From Amoebophrya sp. A120 (Eukaryota > Protista > Dinoflagellata), in NCBI GenBank assembly GCA_905178155.1, contig CAJINV010000011.1, forward strand, positions 1,077,982-1,141,981: 64,000 nucleotides of DNA, written 5' to 3'. This document shows, in pieces, positions 34,742 through 48,100 of the stretch. A program made the translations under genes and the position numbers. A model generated the notes under the pieces. The model saw only the letters and a program-made list of their open reading frames with translations, searched no databases and was not told the DNA's origin. Numbering within the stretch: position 1 is the stretch's first letter; each line of letters starts with the position of its first letter.

Positions 34742-35604
34742 CTTTTCACGATGAGCACGCGCGTCGCGGTTGTGTCGTCTGTTGTACTCGGTACACGCGT
34801 AGGCGGCTACCTGTACAAGAAATTTGCAATCGAATTCAGATGGTATTCAGCATTTCAAATGCGATCATCTTGTTGAATTCACGATGCAATTACAGACAAA
34901 ATCAGAATTACGCTTAGACTTCTATTTTCAAAAACCGATGTAATTCAGTACCTTTTTCGTGGCCTGCTGTCGGGTCCTTGCTCTTGTACCGGCCTGCTGC
35001 TCGGTACGTTAAATCCGCCGCCCAAAACTGTAATAGTTTTTGTTGGGGAGGATTAACATGCGATTTTTGTGCTCTTGCCATGTGTGCTCGCATTCAAAAT
35101 TTCCAATGATTTTAGAAAACAGACCGAAAATAAGTACAATTTTAGTACCTGTCTTGTTCCTCGCTCGATGCTTCGGCAAAGGTTACGGGCTTCGTAGCGC
35201 GCACCTTTGGTCGCTTTGTCTCTCTTGCACCTGTGTAGGTGTATGATTACAAATTCTCTCTTACTTTCAAACAGCCTCTGACCGTGTATCAGCAATTGAT
35301 ATCACGGCAGCAAATCACCACTGTTGGTTGATTTGAACTCGGTGGCTGGGGGTTATTTTGCCTAAATTTTTAGTTCAAATTCAAACAAAAATTCTATTCA
35401 AAAACACTACCAAAAATTCAAAATTTTCTTTATTTTTCTTCGTGCTTTTAGTACCTTCCTGCGGGTCTTGGTGTGGTTGGTGGTTTGGTTCTGGTCCTGG
35501 CTTGGTAGGTGTTGTCGTGTTGCGGGGGGACCAGGCTTGGTAGTTGTTGTCGTGTTGGCACTGGTCGTGTCTTGGTGTCAGCGCTCAAGGCTGTGCCGGT
35601 ATAA

Positions 35605-36070
35605 TGTCAACCGAATTTTCACGGTGTGAAGACAATCAACGACGAAGAAACGCGGGCGGTGTGAACACTGGCCATCTTGCATGTCAAGCAGAATCTAGGT
35701 GGGATTCAGTGTTTCTAAGTCGCAATCAATCTATGGTGACTATCGTCACAGCCTGTGGGGAAAAATTTAGCGTTCCGAACAACACACAAATTTTGACGTC
35801 TCAGTCAGGGGGTAAAACATGAAAGTTCAAATTTATTTTAATCACCCTAAATTTATGAGAAATCCGATCAACCATCGTTGATCATCACTAGCTTACAGTG
35901 TGGGATTTGAATGAACTTCGTTTTTGGTTCATTTGTATGAACATGCTGATTTCACTTGGGATCCAAATTTGAACGACAAATTTAGAGCCTGATTTCAATG
36001 AGCATTCAATTTAGGTCGTAGGGAATTTGCTTGGCTTATGATCCTGGTGGATTTCATATCTTGCCTAACA
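35605..36070 (-). repeat. 5' LTR
   Basis: Direct repeat of 28686-29151. Confidence 0.97.
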
Positions 36071-36891
36071 AATACAAAGAAACAGAAAGTACAGAAACGG
36101 ATCCCAATGTGGTACTATATTTCCGACAGCAGCAGGTTGATGAACATGAAAATAAAACTTGCCGTACTGATACTGTGGTGGTATTCGTTTCGTTGTTTTC
36201 TCAGACACGCAGCAGAAGATCTTGAACAAACATATTACCGGTGCTGAGAGAACCGCACGTCGCTGTCTGATCAAAATCTAAATTTTCGAAGCAGGATCAT
36301 GACGGATCCGATGAATTGCCTTTTCTTGCAGGACCTACTTGTTCCAGAGCCAAAATCAAGATCCATGAAATGTTTTAGCCCTTGTAGTCCATCTCGGTGA
36401 TAATTGCGCCAATTTGTCTGCTCAATTTTTTGTAACTCTACCTCTAGTACACCGCCGCCCCCACAGATGAAAAATAAACATGAAATCCACGATGCTTGTC
36501 CAGCACTTCCACTGACTTCTCTTTCCTACTACCAGGTAGTGTTTTTTGGGTAGTGTTGCAAAGAACCTTGTGGATGAAATCGGCTCCTGGTGAGGACTCG
36601 GAACTCGATCTTATTTTGGATTGCCTCTACTTCTGACGATCAGGAAAGACAACTGTTGGCCAGTGCTTGGTATTCTAGGTGCTGGGGAAGCTGCAGAGTA
36701 CACATTCTAACGCACAACTACATTCGCGACCTTCTTCTGACCACGGAAAAATCTTCGTCCCCAGGCCCTCATGAACAAATATTTCTAAAAAGTTGTTTGT
36801 CACTTCTTTTCGCGACCCGACAGACTTTCCCCACAACCATTCCCCGTAGATTTCGACTCCCCCCCTTCTGGGCATATTCTTTTATCCCGAA

Positions 36892-38685
36892 ATGTTACCG
36901 TCAACTGCTCCGACCGACCCGGCTCCGCAAGGTCAAGCGACATCAACAGCTGCAGCAACATGCGAGGCTACTAGCGACCAGCCCGTCGTAAAAACGGAAG
37001 CACCTTCTGCTGTGCCACCACCAGCCCCAACCACGGACGCTGCAACAGTGGCAGGAGAGTCCCCTGCCTCGTCCCCGTCTCCAGCTTCGACGACAACTCC
37101 CGCTATGGTTGAAGAAGTGCCGCTCGCGAAAATGAAAAATGACCTACCTGCGGAGCACGCGGGAAGCTGCCATAAGGAAAGCCACCAGGATGAAGGACGA
37201 CCTGTACTACCTGAACCTGCTGCCGCTCAACAGGTCGGACAAGACCAGCATGCTGCAAATGCACCAGCTTCATCTGTAGAGCCGAAGAAGATATCCGTTG
37301 CGCCGGGCGTATGGATAAAGGAGCAGGCGATCCCCACAAAGGCGAACCCGGAATCGAAAAACTCCATAAAGAAACGCCAGAAAGCCGAGGAATATGCGTC
37401 TAAGAAGAAGGAGTTGAAACGACAGAGAAAGGAGAAAGCCAAACAGAACAAGCAGGAAAGGAAGTTGCAGGGTCAGGAACAGCGTCCAAGAGGTAATGAA
37501 AACGATGGCGACGAGGAGAATGAAAATCAAAGCGTTTTCGATCCGAATATCAGGCTCCCCGGACAGAAACCTCCAGACCAGCCTCTCCGGCCGGGGAAAA
37601 AGGAGAAGCGGGAATTTTTGAAGCAGAAAGCGGAGAAGAACTGCCGGATTTTGATCGACTGCGACTGGGAAAAGTTGATGACGGACAAGGAGGTGAAATC
37701 TCTCGCTTCGCAACTGATGTACAGCTTTTCGCGGAACAAAATCGCGGAGGAGCCGTGCAACTTTCTGTTATCGAAATGCAGCGGTCTGGTGAAGGAGAAT
37801 TTGAACTGTATCGTCGGGAGCGAAAACTGGCCGTGCTTCACGAGGTTCGAGGAATGTCTGCTGGCGAAAAACTTTGGCGCAACAAATCTTCCCTCCAGTG
37901 AGGAACCGGCTGCAACGAGTACCACCGCAGTAGTTTCCTCCACCGCTGCTACAGTTCCAGTTGAGACGAGTCCGGCAGCGAGCGGAAATTATAAAGAAGG
38001 TGATGCAACTAACGAGATGAAAGAGGATGTCGTGATGGCAGACGCGGAGGGCGAAGGTCAACATCGGGAGGAAACAAGCGCGGTACAACCACTACCACCA
38101 GCTTTTAGTTCGTCGTCCACCAACACGACCTCCTCCTCCAAGCAGTGTCCGTTCCTAACCCGGGAAAAGACCGTCTACCTCACGGCGGACACGGACGATG
38201 TTTTGACCGAAATCGACCCGGACACCACGTATATCATTGGCGGCGTTGTTGACCGAAACCGCCTGAAAAACGCGTCCAAGCAGAAGGCCGACCATTTTAA
38301 CATCAGAACGCAGCGCCTGCCGATTGCGGAGTATATTGAAAGTAACATGGGGTCGTTTTCCAAAGTCCTGACGGTCAACCACGTCGTGGAGATCCTCCTC
38401 GAGTTTCAGCGCACCAAGGACTGGACGGTGTCTTTAGAGGCGGTGTTACCGAAACGGAGAAAGGACCAGGGTGAACGAGAGGAGGAAGCGAGAAAAGCCG
38501 CGAAGGAACGGGAAGCCGAGGTTGCGGAGAAGGAGAACGAAGGGGAAAAACTGGAGAAGCAGGGCGGTGAAGATGTTGCTAATGCACCTCCTTCTGAACA
38601 ACCTTTGAAAGCTGCAGTCCAAACTGGTGATATTGACACCAAGGTTGATGGTGCTACCAGCAGCGCCATTGCTGAAGCCAAATAA
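36892..38685 (+). CDS. TRM10: tRNA (guanine-N1)-methyltransferase Trm10 (position 9)
   Basis: ILIDCDWEKLM..SLASQL; VYLTADT..YIIGGVVDRNR..RLPI..VLTVNHVVEILL..VLPKR. Confidence 0.93.
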   Translation: MLPSTAPTDPAPQGQATSTAAATCEATSDQPVVKTEAPSAVPPPAPTTDAATVAGESPASSPSPASTTTPAMVEEVPLAKMKNDLPAEHAGSCHKESHQDEGRPVLPEPAAAQQVGQDQHAANAPASSVEPKKISVAPGVWIKEQAIPTKANPESKNSIKKRQKAEEYASKKKELKRQRKEKAKQNKQERKLQGQEQRPRGNENDGDEENENQSVFDPNIRLPGQKPPDQPLRPGKKEKREFLKQKAEKNCRILIDCDWEKLMTDKEVKSLASQLMYSFSRNKIAEEPCNFLLSKCSGLVKENLNCIVGSENWPCFTRFEECLLAKNFGATNLPSSEEPAATSTTAVVSSTAATVPVETSPAASGNYKEGDATNEMKEDVVMADAEGEGQHREETSAVQPLPPAFSSSSTNTTSSSKQCPFLTREKTVYLTADTDDVLTEIDPDTTYIIGGVVDRNRLKNASKQKADHFNIRTQRLPIAEYIESNMGSFSKVLTVNHVVEILLEFQRTKDWTVSLEAVLPKRRKDQGEREEEARKAAKEREAEVAEKENEGEKLEKQGGEDVANAPPSEQPLKAAVQTGDIDTKVDGATSSAIAEAK

Positions 38686-39370
38686 ATGAAATTATCACGT
38701 GCGACAAGTCAACAACATCTACTAACGCATTAGCCTTCACGCTCTGGCTTTTTTAGGGTGAGTGAAATGTTTTTTGGAACAACTGCGCGCTCGCACAGCT
38801 GCGCACGATGTTGGCGCCGTTCCATTCCCAAAGTCACAGACTTTATCGCCCGGTGTTCACTTTCTATCTATTTCAAAGGACTTTCGAAACACGACGAATA
38901 TCAGTACATCGGAGGGATGTAGTTGCGCTTCAAGCATTTACTCTCTCTTCTGTTGAATCAAGATTTGCCGTACCTCTTTCTCACCGTCTTATGCCGTCGT
39001 TCGTGAACAATGCTTCATTCAGCATGTTGATGTTTTTTCAATCACAACTCAGGTAGCGTCGTTTCGTGTTTGTTGTTTCTCCCGCTGTACATGTTGCGCG
39101 CGTTGGTTTTCGGCCGAAGTTCAACATCTACCAGCCGGAATGGAAACAAGACTGCAAAAACTGCAGGAGCAGCGACAGTGTTTGGGAGTGGCCCACCTCG
39201 TGGTCCTGATGCGGCATTAAAGCGGGTGGTCGCAGCTGCGCGACCAAACTCAGCCTGCTCCGAGAAAATCGTGTATCTCGCTGTGGACTGAGTCGTCGTG
39301 GAAAACAAGAAACTACGACGAGCAGGCAGGCATTGACATTGATTCACATTCCTCGAAAGCAACAATTAGC

Positions 39371-41037
39371 ATGACCTACAAGTGTATCTTCACGACGAAA
39401 ATGCGGGGCGAGTTGATGCGCATGGCCAAGCACGACCTGTACTCTCCTTATGTAGGTCAATTCCCAACGACCCTAAATCACTATGATCGCATTCACAAAA
39501 AGAAAAAAGAGCCGGCGCAGATTGTGCCGGGCGATTCGGATGGTAAGCAGAAGCAAAGCCGCCCACCACCAGAGGCAGGCGCGCTAGGAATTTCCGTTGG
39601 CGGCCGCGTTGCGGCGGCCCGCGCCACACCATTCGCACTTGGCCCAGCGCTCCGGCGGCATTCCCTGGAGCCGTTGCTGGGGGGTGCAGGGCCGAGCCAC
39701 TCGTTGCTGTGGTCGCATTAGCGAGCGGCCCACAGCAACGATAGCACGCATAGCACGCACAGCACGCATAGCACGCACAGCACCGTGCGCGGGCCAAAAT
39801 TGTGTGCTATGTGTGCTGTGGCACCCCCGACACAGCAAACATAGCAAGCATAGCACGCATAGTACGCATAGCAACGAGTGGGCATTAGGCCGATTCTCTG
39901 CGACCCTGACTGCGCGCAGCAGGCGGGGGCGCGGCCGCAGTAGGACTAGGGTGCCAGGGGGCCCAACTGGAGCAGCCGCTTATCCAGCGAACAGCGAGGA
40001 GCTCTACACTGCAGCCGTGGGAGTTCTAATGACCCGGGGGCGTGCCACGATGCAGGGCGACAATTCAGCACTCGCTCCAGATTCGACAGCCATTTTTTTT
40101 TTCTTGTATTGCAATCATAGCACAGAAGGGTCGTTGGGAAATTGGCCTACTCGACTCTCCCAACGGGACCGCAGCGCGGCGCCGGCGGGCGTTTGAAGCT
40201 GCGCTCACGGGAGCAGATGGTGAAGATGCCGCAGGAGCTTCTTCTACACCTTCGTCCTCTTCCCGGGACCCTGGTTCTTACGATGGGGCAGGTGCATCCG
40301 GTGGCACGGCTACTTCTTTCGCAGAAAAGCGGCGCGCGATGGAGCAAGACACAGCACGAACTAGCAAGAGGCCGTTCGATTACCTGCACGTCGTTGCGGA
40401 CGAGCAACAGGAGGAGACTAGTAGGAAAAGGCAGGATCTTCATGCGGCCAAAAACGATGAACAAAGACAAACCCACGAGCAAGATGTGGAATCTGCTGGC
40501 GCGGAGGGCAGCGAAAAGACGAAAAATAAATCCGACGCGCCTCACAAGAACCCGCGTGAGAAGAAAACACGGCCGCTGACCTGGGACGGCAAGCGGGTGG
40601 ACGGTGACCGGGAGTGGGACTTTGAAAAGGAAAAAGACGACGAAAATTGGGCGAAGCTCACCAACAAGGAGCACCTGATCCGCAGCGCGACGGCGGACGC
40701 GCCTGGGTTTGACCAGCATCAGGCCACCTGTGCGCACCGCGACTGGGCCTTCGTGCGAAACATGCTGCGCAGGAAAAGCTATGCATTGCAAAAAAATTAT
40801 CGCACTCGTACTGATTGCAATAGCAATCTCGCACGACGATACATCTTTTTTGTCCCTGATTCTCCATGAAAATTCTCCTTTAGCCGAAATTTCTGATGCA
40901 CCTGTAACCACCAGTGGCAGTGCGATAGTTTTGCAATGCATAAGAGTAACATGTTGTGGAGTGCGAAGAGCGACCCGTACTTTGACCGCATGCGGAGTAT
41001 GAAACCCAGGGGGTACAAGATGAACAAGAGCGGATGA
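39371..41037 (+). CDS. Hypothetical protein with two non-canonical introns (39587-40149, ~40779-40946)
   Basis: Joins EAGAL|LDSPNG and LRRKS|NMLWS give one continuous frame ending in TGA at 41035. Confidence 0.65.
39587..40149. mobile_element. 563-nt insertion or non-canonical intron with CTA direct repeat and short TIR
   Basis: TAGGAATTTCC..GGAAATTGGCCTA ends; GC-rich interior with (AYAGCACGC)n. Confidence 0.6.
40779..40946. mobile_element. TIR introner, 168 nt
   Basis: TATGCATTGCAAAA..TATCGCACT / AGTGCGATA..TTTTGCAATGCATA; removal deletes a stop. Confidence 0.8.
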
Positions 41038-42728
41038 ACGGCTTATTTTGAGGGACAAATGTTTGACTCAAAGTCAAACTCAAGAAACTCGATGGCATTC
41101 TGAATGAATTATGCTGGTACATTTCAAATGTCTGTGCACTGTCGTTTGCACGCAGCTAGTGCTGTATCAATTTAACTCTCCTGGTGCAACTGGGTGCTGT
41201 GATGACCACAAGTGAAGATAAGCTTGATATCTCTGTTCATCTGCAGGAGCGTGATCTGCGGTTGTGCTTATAGAAAAGCAGCATCTGAATGTAAGTGTAG
41301 TTCAGGCGTGTAGTTGCTTTTCGCAACCTATGTGTCTCCTGCTGTGCTGGAGTTGTTTTGTGAGGTTGTCCTTGCCTACCTGTTGCAGGAGACGGCTCCT
41401 GATGTCGCGTGATTCATTGGGGACAATAGTCTTGTGCGAGGGAAAAAAAGCCTTGTGTTGAGTCTGACTGTGAGTGTGGTGTGAAGGTTCACAGCAACAT
41501 AAGTAATCTAGGATGCAAGCCTTGATGTAGGAATTATGGGAACGGGTGGGTGAGCGTGAGAACAGAATAACCAGTTGAGTTCTTGAGCGAAACCACCCTA
41601 GAAAGCAAAGTGGCTCCTGTCTGCAGGTGGAATGTCGTTTGTTTCAGCTGGGCAATTGTTCCATCAAATTGGAGCCGGGCTGTCGAAGGGTTTTTCGCAT
41701 TTACTGTAATTTCTGCGCATGATCACCAGATAGGTTGTTTGCGAAAAGTGCTTTTATACTGAATTGAGAATTTTTGTTGTTTGCCAGAAACTAAAAGACA
41801 AGCAGATTTTATTTCCAGCCCTGATCGAGAAGGAGCTACGGTCGAAGCAACGTCGTAACGACCAATAGGGGAACGGGAAGGTAAGGGAAGAACAAATAAA
41901 ACCGGACGACCTACAAATTATACCGATTTTGTTAAAACCAACAACCGCGACGGCAGACACCACGTTCTTCTAGCGTCAAGAACAACAAACCAGCGACGAT
42001 ACCACGAATTTCGTCTGCAGCTTGTTGACCCACTTCCACGGACGAGATTTTGACGCACTTTTGCCTACACATAGTTGACCTATCATCCCGAACCAGAAAC
42101 CGGAGCATCGGCGGCAACAAGCTCGCTTCAGAATTTTTCAAAAGATAGTACGAGTACGACAAGAGTTCAAATTCAATCGGGACTCCGGACACAGTCGCAG
42201 AGATCGCACACACTGCAACTGCTCGCGACGAACATCTTGAGCTTCCTGGTGCGGCTAGCAGTGCTCCTCCACTGCCTGCCCTTCGTCCATTGGAAATACC
42301 TTTCCTACCACGACGGACGCGGCAAGGCGGAGAGGAATATTCTTCTGTTCGAATCTACAATCACAAAACTCACCACCCCGCCCGGACCGCGATACAATTG
42401 CGTGCGCGCCGGAGAACAACAACATTCTCGTACGAAAGCTAGCAGCATGAAGAACACGTCGTACATCTCGACCTAGCGAGTGCTGATTTGCTTTTCTTGC
42501 AACTCACGGTGTAAGGTTAAAGACGAAGTGTTTTATTACCGGGCGACCGGCGCTGCCCCACGACCTGGGAAAATAGCATCAGCATCTTAAATTCTTCTGC
42601 ACTGCTGCGACCCCGCGAAATAAATCGGCGAAGAAAGTAGAGCAACGCAGTGCACTGCAGTGCCAGTCTTCACGTCATCCAGACAAATCCCCCCGGTGGC
42701 GATAGCTGCGGCAGGAACACAACTCATC

Positions 42729-45140
42729 ATGGCGAGCCATCTCGCGTCGAGTTCTTCGAGCGCGACCGGCCCGGCGCACCAGCATTCGGACCAGTCCTGT
42801 CCCTCCTCAGGCATGCCAGAGGAGGCTTTTGTGCCCAGCGTGGACCTGCCACCATCATCACTAGAGAACCAAATGGTAGAAAAAATCCACCTCCCGCAGG
42901 CGATAGAAGAGTATAATTATAGTTGTTTTGATGTAGTTGCTTCGCTCGTCGTGCATACAGATGCTGATTCATCTGATGCAAATTTCACATGCATTTGCAT
43001 GCCAGAAGATTTGTTGCACTTATGCGAAAAGAACGACAAGGAGTGAAAAATAAAAAAAAAAACATAATGTAACAGGTACAGCGAGCACATTTTCAAGCGG
43101 CTTTTCGCGGTTGAGGAAGAGAGTCCAGATTCACAGCGAAAAAGGCACCCACAGTCCGAGGTGAAGGAAAAGATGCGAGCGATTTTGGTGGACTGGCTGG
43201 TAGAGGTGCAGTATGAAAAGAGAAAAGAATCCGACTGCTACACAAAATGCATGCCGGGCTTCATCTGCAGAGCCAGAGAGCTGCCGTTGCTTTTCCCTGC
43301 AGCTGGCAGGAGAGAGTACCACGTGAAACGAAAGCAGCGAACAATGAAATCAAGTAGACGTCGAGCTGTATTGTTGACAGTGGTTCTTGTGACGAATTCT
43401 TTTCCCTTTTGATACGTGCAACAAGTTCAAGCTCATGGCCGAAACTTTGTACCTAACGGTAGACATTTTGGACAGGTATCTCGCGAAAGCCCCGGTGGAA
43501 AGACAAAAGCTGCAGCAGGTATTTAGTTGTCTATTTGTGTAGTTTCTCTTTCTTGGCGATGGTGTTGGTGTCATGCGACGGACGAATTTTTTTTGTTCCG
43601 AGTCTGCATCTGCTCTATTTCCTTGTGCTTGATGTCCAAATCAATCACAACGCAGGTTGGTGTGACGTGCCTTTTCATAGCGTCAAAGTACGAGGAAATA
43701 CATCCCCCGGAAATCCGAGATCTCGTCTACATAACGGATCGTACCTCGTACGTCACTGCAAAAATGTACCGTCAACAAAGCTATCACGTTTTTTCTGCAT
43801 TTAGTATGAGCAGCTGTAGTGCAGCCAACGAGAGCAGGAAATGCTAGACCGGGATGAACACTCCCTATTTTTGGCTATTGCGTCCTAGAGTGTGAAGACG
43901 AGGCACAAAAGAAATGCCAAAAATGTGATAGCACAATTGATGGTAGGTTTTTTGTAACGGCATACTTCACGGAAATACTTGCCTTTGCTCTCAACTTGCA
44001 ATGTACTAGAGCCAAGAACATCAAGTAGAAGTTTTTATAAACATCTACTTGATGATGTTGGCTCTTCACCAGAATGCGCCTGCTTCGCTGCAGAACTGCA
44101 GAGCGCATTGCTAGTTGCCCACGATGGTGAAGTTCGTCAGGTGGATAACCCATAGTTCCTCAAGAAACGATATCCTGGACACGGAGATTGCCATCCTGAA
44201 CACATTAAACTTCGACGTATAATTGCATCGTACTTGTTCTTCTTCAAGAAAGTTAAGAGTCACCTACTTGTTTGCATAGAAGTACAACACCGATGCCACT
44301 GCAATATGCCAAATGAATCAAGGAGCATGACCATGACGTAGAGACGAAAATACACTCTAAAAATCGTGAAAACCACAACTCATCGCAGATATCTGGGCCG
44401 ACGATATATCACTACGTCGCATACTACGCCCACCTCGCCTACCCGTACCCACAGAGCATGTGGCCCCAGGAGCAGCTGAAGGCGTTCAATCTCGCCTGCT
44501 ACACGCTCGAGATGTGCCTCCTGGACTCGAGGACGCTGCACAAGCACCCCTTCTCAAAACTCGCAGCGGCGGCGTTGTTCATGTACTGCTTTTTCGAATA
44601 GCGATGGATAACGCTAAGAACGCATCAACCGACTTTTTACCTTTTGCAACACATGATGTACCTACTACTTTATTGCTCTAGAAGTACTCGAGCTCGATTA
44701 TCATCGCAAGATAGAGCATTAGCGCAACGTCATGTCCTTTATCAATGACAACACCAGGTCGAAGAAGATTCTGCGCGTGAGTCCGTCCTGGCCACCACCC
44801 TTGATCGCAAGAACACCCTACTGTCCGCAAAATCTCAAGGCGTGCGCGAAGGAGCTGGTACTAGAAGAAATTTGGTTTCCCTAGGGTGGGGGGTTTTGCT
44901 CTGAATGGTACTTACAACTTCTCATGCAATCATATCACTGGACCTGGAGGTATCATCTTCATCAACATCAACGGAAGAAGTGCTACCATGCATGAGAATC
45001 CTCAAACACACAACATGATTCAGGTGCCATTAGTGACCAGTCACGGGCAAAACCTAATCGACCCGAAGCTGAAAAGCGTCAAGCAGAAGTACGCTACTGA
45101 GGACAAGATGGAGCTGTCCTCGATCTATTTCCACATGTAA
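42729..45140 (+). CDS. Cyclin (A/B type), 8 exons
   Basis: [44 protein letters not shown]. Introns 42911-43075, ~43211-43418 (non-canonical), 43519-43655, ~43748-44155, 44217-44388, 44583-44757, 44858-45023. Confidence 0.9.
43211..43418. mobile_element. TIR introner inside the cyclin box, 208 nt (GT..TG)
   Basis: GTATGAAAAGAGAAAAGAATCCG / CGAATTCTTTTCCCTTTTGATAC. No AG occurs at the frame-restoring position. Confidence 0.8.
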
Positions 45141-48100
45141 GTACTTCTAAAGCGGAGGTGTAGTATGTTGCGGTAGCGGACGCTAGACCTAGAGCAGCTG
45201 TTCATCTATCATCGGGGGATGATACATCGGTTTCAACCGTTACCGTGCTGCTGGAGGGAATAGGAATAGCATCCTCGTCGACTGGAGCAGGGAGCACCGA
45301 TTTTTGAATGATGTTTTCTTTTTCCACAAAAAAAACCTCTTCGTCAGGAGAACCAAAGAAGGGTAAAAATATGTCAAATATTCATTGTTTCAGATTTTAC
45401 AAGAACAGATTGCTTAATAACAAGTCAACAAATACTAAACACCAAAAAAAAAGCGACGAGCCAACACCAGGCGTCGTCGCTTTTTGGTATTGAGTTTTTT
45501 TACGATTTTTACGTAAGAGTCGAAGTTACGTTTTTTGTTTCCGTTTCTTTTTAGAAATTCGTTTTGAAATACAATTCCAAGCGTGCTCGAAGATACTTCT
45601 ACATGGCTGGTGTTGAAGTAGATCTACCACTACTTCAAGCCTGGAAGGTCGGACTTGCGTTTTTTTTCTTTGCCATCTTCGACGTTTATGGTTCCAAAAT
45701 TGTGTGTCTCGACGAGGACGACAGTTCTGCCGTACTCGCAGACGACGAAAGGTGTAGCGTTTTTTTTTTTTTGGACGTAAGTACAACTCGCATTGCAATT
45801 TTATTGACCAACTGCACGATTTTTTTATTTCAAGGGAGGCACTGCTCCAACTCCTACAGAAACGAGTTTCGATTTCGAGTTTCAAAGTTTCATCATGGAG
45901 GCACGACAACGGCGTAAATGTTAAAGAGCATCTATGCTGCACAGTAGTATTCTTGAGTAGCTACCTAACAGTATGATCGCAATCGAATCAACTGATAGAA
46001 GCCCAGGCATTGTAGATAAAAGTTATTTGGGAAAATTGACACGACACGACAGTAAAAAATGAACATCGATCGTTGTAGTTCTCTGCATGACACACTGCAA
46101 CAAATAAAAATAGTATTATTTTGATGTGCACTCTCGTTAGTATAGGTTGTCCGATGAGCAAACAACTTCTCTATCAAACTACAGTAAGAAAATGATGTGA
46201 AGATTTTGAAACTGGTTTGCGAGGTAGAAGATTAATTTTGGAACTCCAAATAATTTCACGATATCTAGTACTAGGTGCGGCCGCCAGCTGTAGCTCCTGA
46301 ATCATCCCACTTTCTCACTGCACGCGATTTTCGAGTATGGCTTGATTTCGAATCGCAAACACGCAGTGATGAGTGCGGAACCTGGTGCAGTACCGGATGC
46401 CTTTCCTCTTCAGAAGCTAAAATTTTATGTGCGAGTGCCGCAGCAGGAACAAAAAAAGCCATAGACGAGGAGTTCTATTGTGTAGTGTATTGGTCTACGA
46501 CTACGAATATGTCTCGCTACTATGTACTGCAACTTTAGTATATAAATCTATGCAGGTATGATGCAGCGAATAAAAAAGCCATATCACTCGACGAATTTGT
46601 GTCAATCTGAACCAGCATTTGCTCCTTGTTCTCCTAAGGCTGTATGACCTAGGCCGTAGGTGGACGTAAGCACTAAAGCTACCGTGACATGAAATGATTA
46701 TGAGAGGGGGTAGTCATCTCCACTAGAAATAGAATTCTATGTTGCTCTATTGCACGATGGGATGCAAAAAATGCACACGTCTTTTCCTTTTTGAAGTTTC
46801 AAAAGAAAGTTTCGCTTCCGAGTTTTGCGAATGCAAATCAGGGCACATTCCGATTTATTTTTTTGCAAAATGCAATGCTAAACGTAAAAGTTTCTGAATA
46901 AACAAAAACATGAATTTCATACGTAATATCCAGGTGAACCTCTCCACGGTTGTGCTAGCGGCGCTTACTGTTTATTATGCCATTCCGAATGTTCAGACAG
47001 TTCCAGTTGCAGTTCTCATCGTGGCTTTCGGTTGGCTGTATCAAGACGTTTTACTGACAGCGGCACAGCAGGGTGAAAAGGTGGGCGTTTTTCTGGGCGG
47101 GAGTGACGTTGTCCGCGCTGTAGTATCTTCTATTGTACCACCGCAGCTCTTGCTCTTCAAGATCTAATTCTATGTCTATCTCTTAAGGGTGGTCGCGTCG
47201 TGGTCTAATTTTGCTTTCTGCACAAAATCCTGTGGTTGTGGACTCAACTACTTACACATCTTCACGGCAACATGAATCAATACCTAAACCTGTACGATGA
47301 TATCATGAACCTCGTGTAGTACTTCGCCATGATTCATCTCAGAACAAAAGAACGGCATGCACCACATCATCTCTCTCACGAAATAAAGGATAATTGGGAT
47401 ACAAATCACAGGTAGAAGTCGTAGTCTGCAAAAACGTATCTCACCCATAGCTATAAACTGACTGGAGGACGTATAATCTTCTTCGATTTTTTGTCACCGT
47501 CACGAATCGGGAAAAAAAACAAACAGGGACAGTAAAGCTAACTAGAAGCAAACTATTCTGTGAAGAGTTTGTTGTTATCTGCTCACGCACATGCCTGCAA
47601 AAAGGCTGCTGGGCTAACGACTACTCCCCACCTGTTTACGACGTAGAGGTTGGATGCTAAAAATTCTTCCTTTTTGCGGTTTATTTACTGATGAGCTTTC
47701 CTGTCGGGGATGTTGACCAAAAGCGGACCCTACTGCACTCAACTTTGCTGAGGACAGATTGTCTATACGCTTGTGATGCCTGCTACTCTGACTTTTAGCA
47801 AAAGCAACCGGCCCGGAGCGTATTCTCCATGATCTAAGTAAGTGGTAGTGGACACCGCGCGAGCCGCCGCTGCTACTTCTCAGCTCCCGGGCGATATGAG
47901 AAGTTTAGGTTCCAACCACCCAGCGTTCGTTGCGTTTGATGATATTCGGCAACGCTGTGATATAGTTTTTGGAGAAAATAAAAAGAAAATAAAGGAAGAA
48001 TACGAATACTATGTATGCAACGAAGTTTAAGTAGTGCAAGTGGATACAACTACTCTAGTAAAGACAAACCAAAACAAACTCGCGGGCTCGACGCACGACC

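Larger units (their letters stand above)
28686..36070 (-). mobile_element. Complete Ty1/copia LTR retrotransposon
   Basis: 466-bp TG..CA LTRs; AATAC target-site duplication (28681-28685, 36071-36075); polypurine tract at 29152-29160; domain order gag-PR-IN-RT-RH. Confidence 0.97.

Noticed and set aside
35581-35590. Spliced-leader relic (GCTCAAG)
   Set aside because: Only 7 nt match the dinoflagellate spliced leader; no fuller copy was seen in the window.
45564-47167. Short hydrophobic ORFs as a membrane-protein gene
   Set aside because: The fragments could not be joined into a supported model and no family was recognised.
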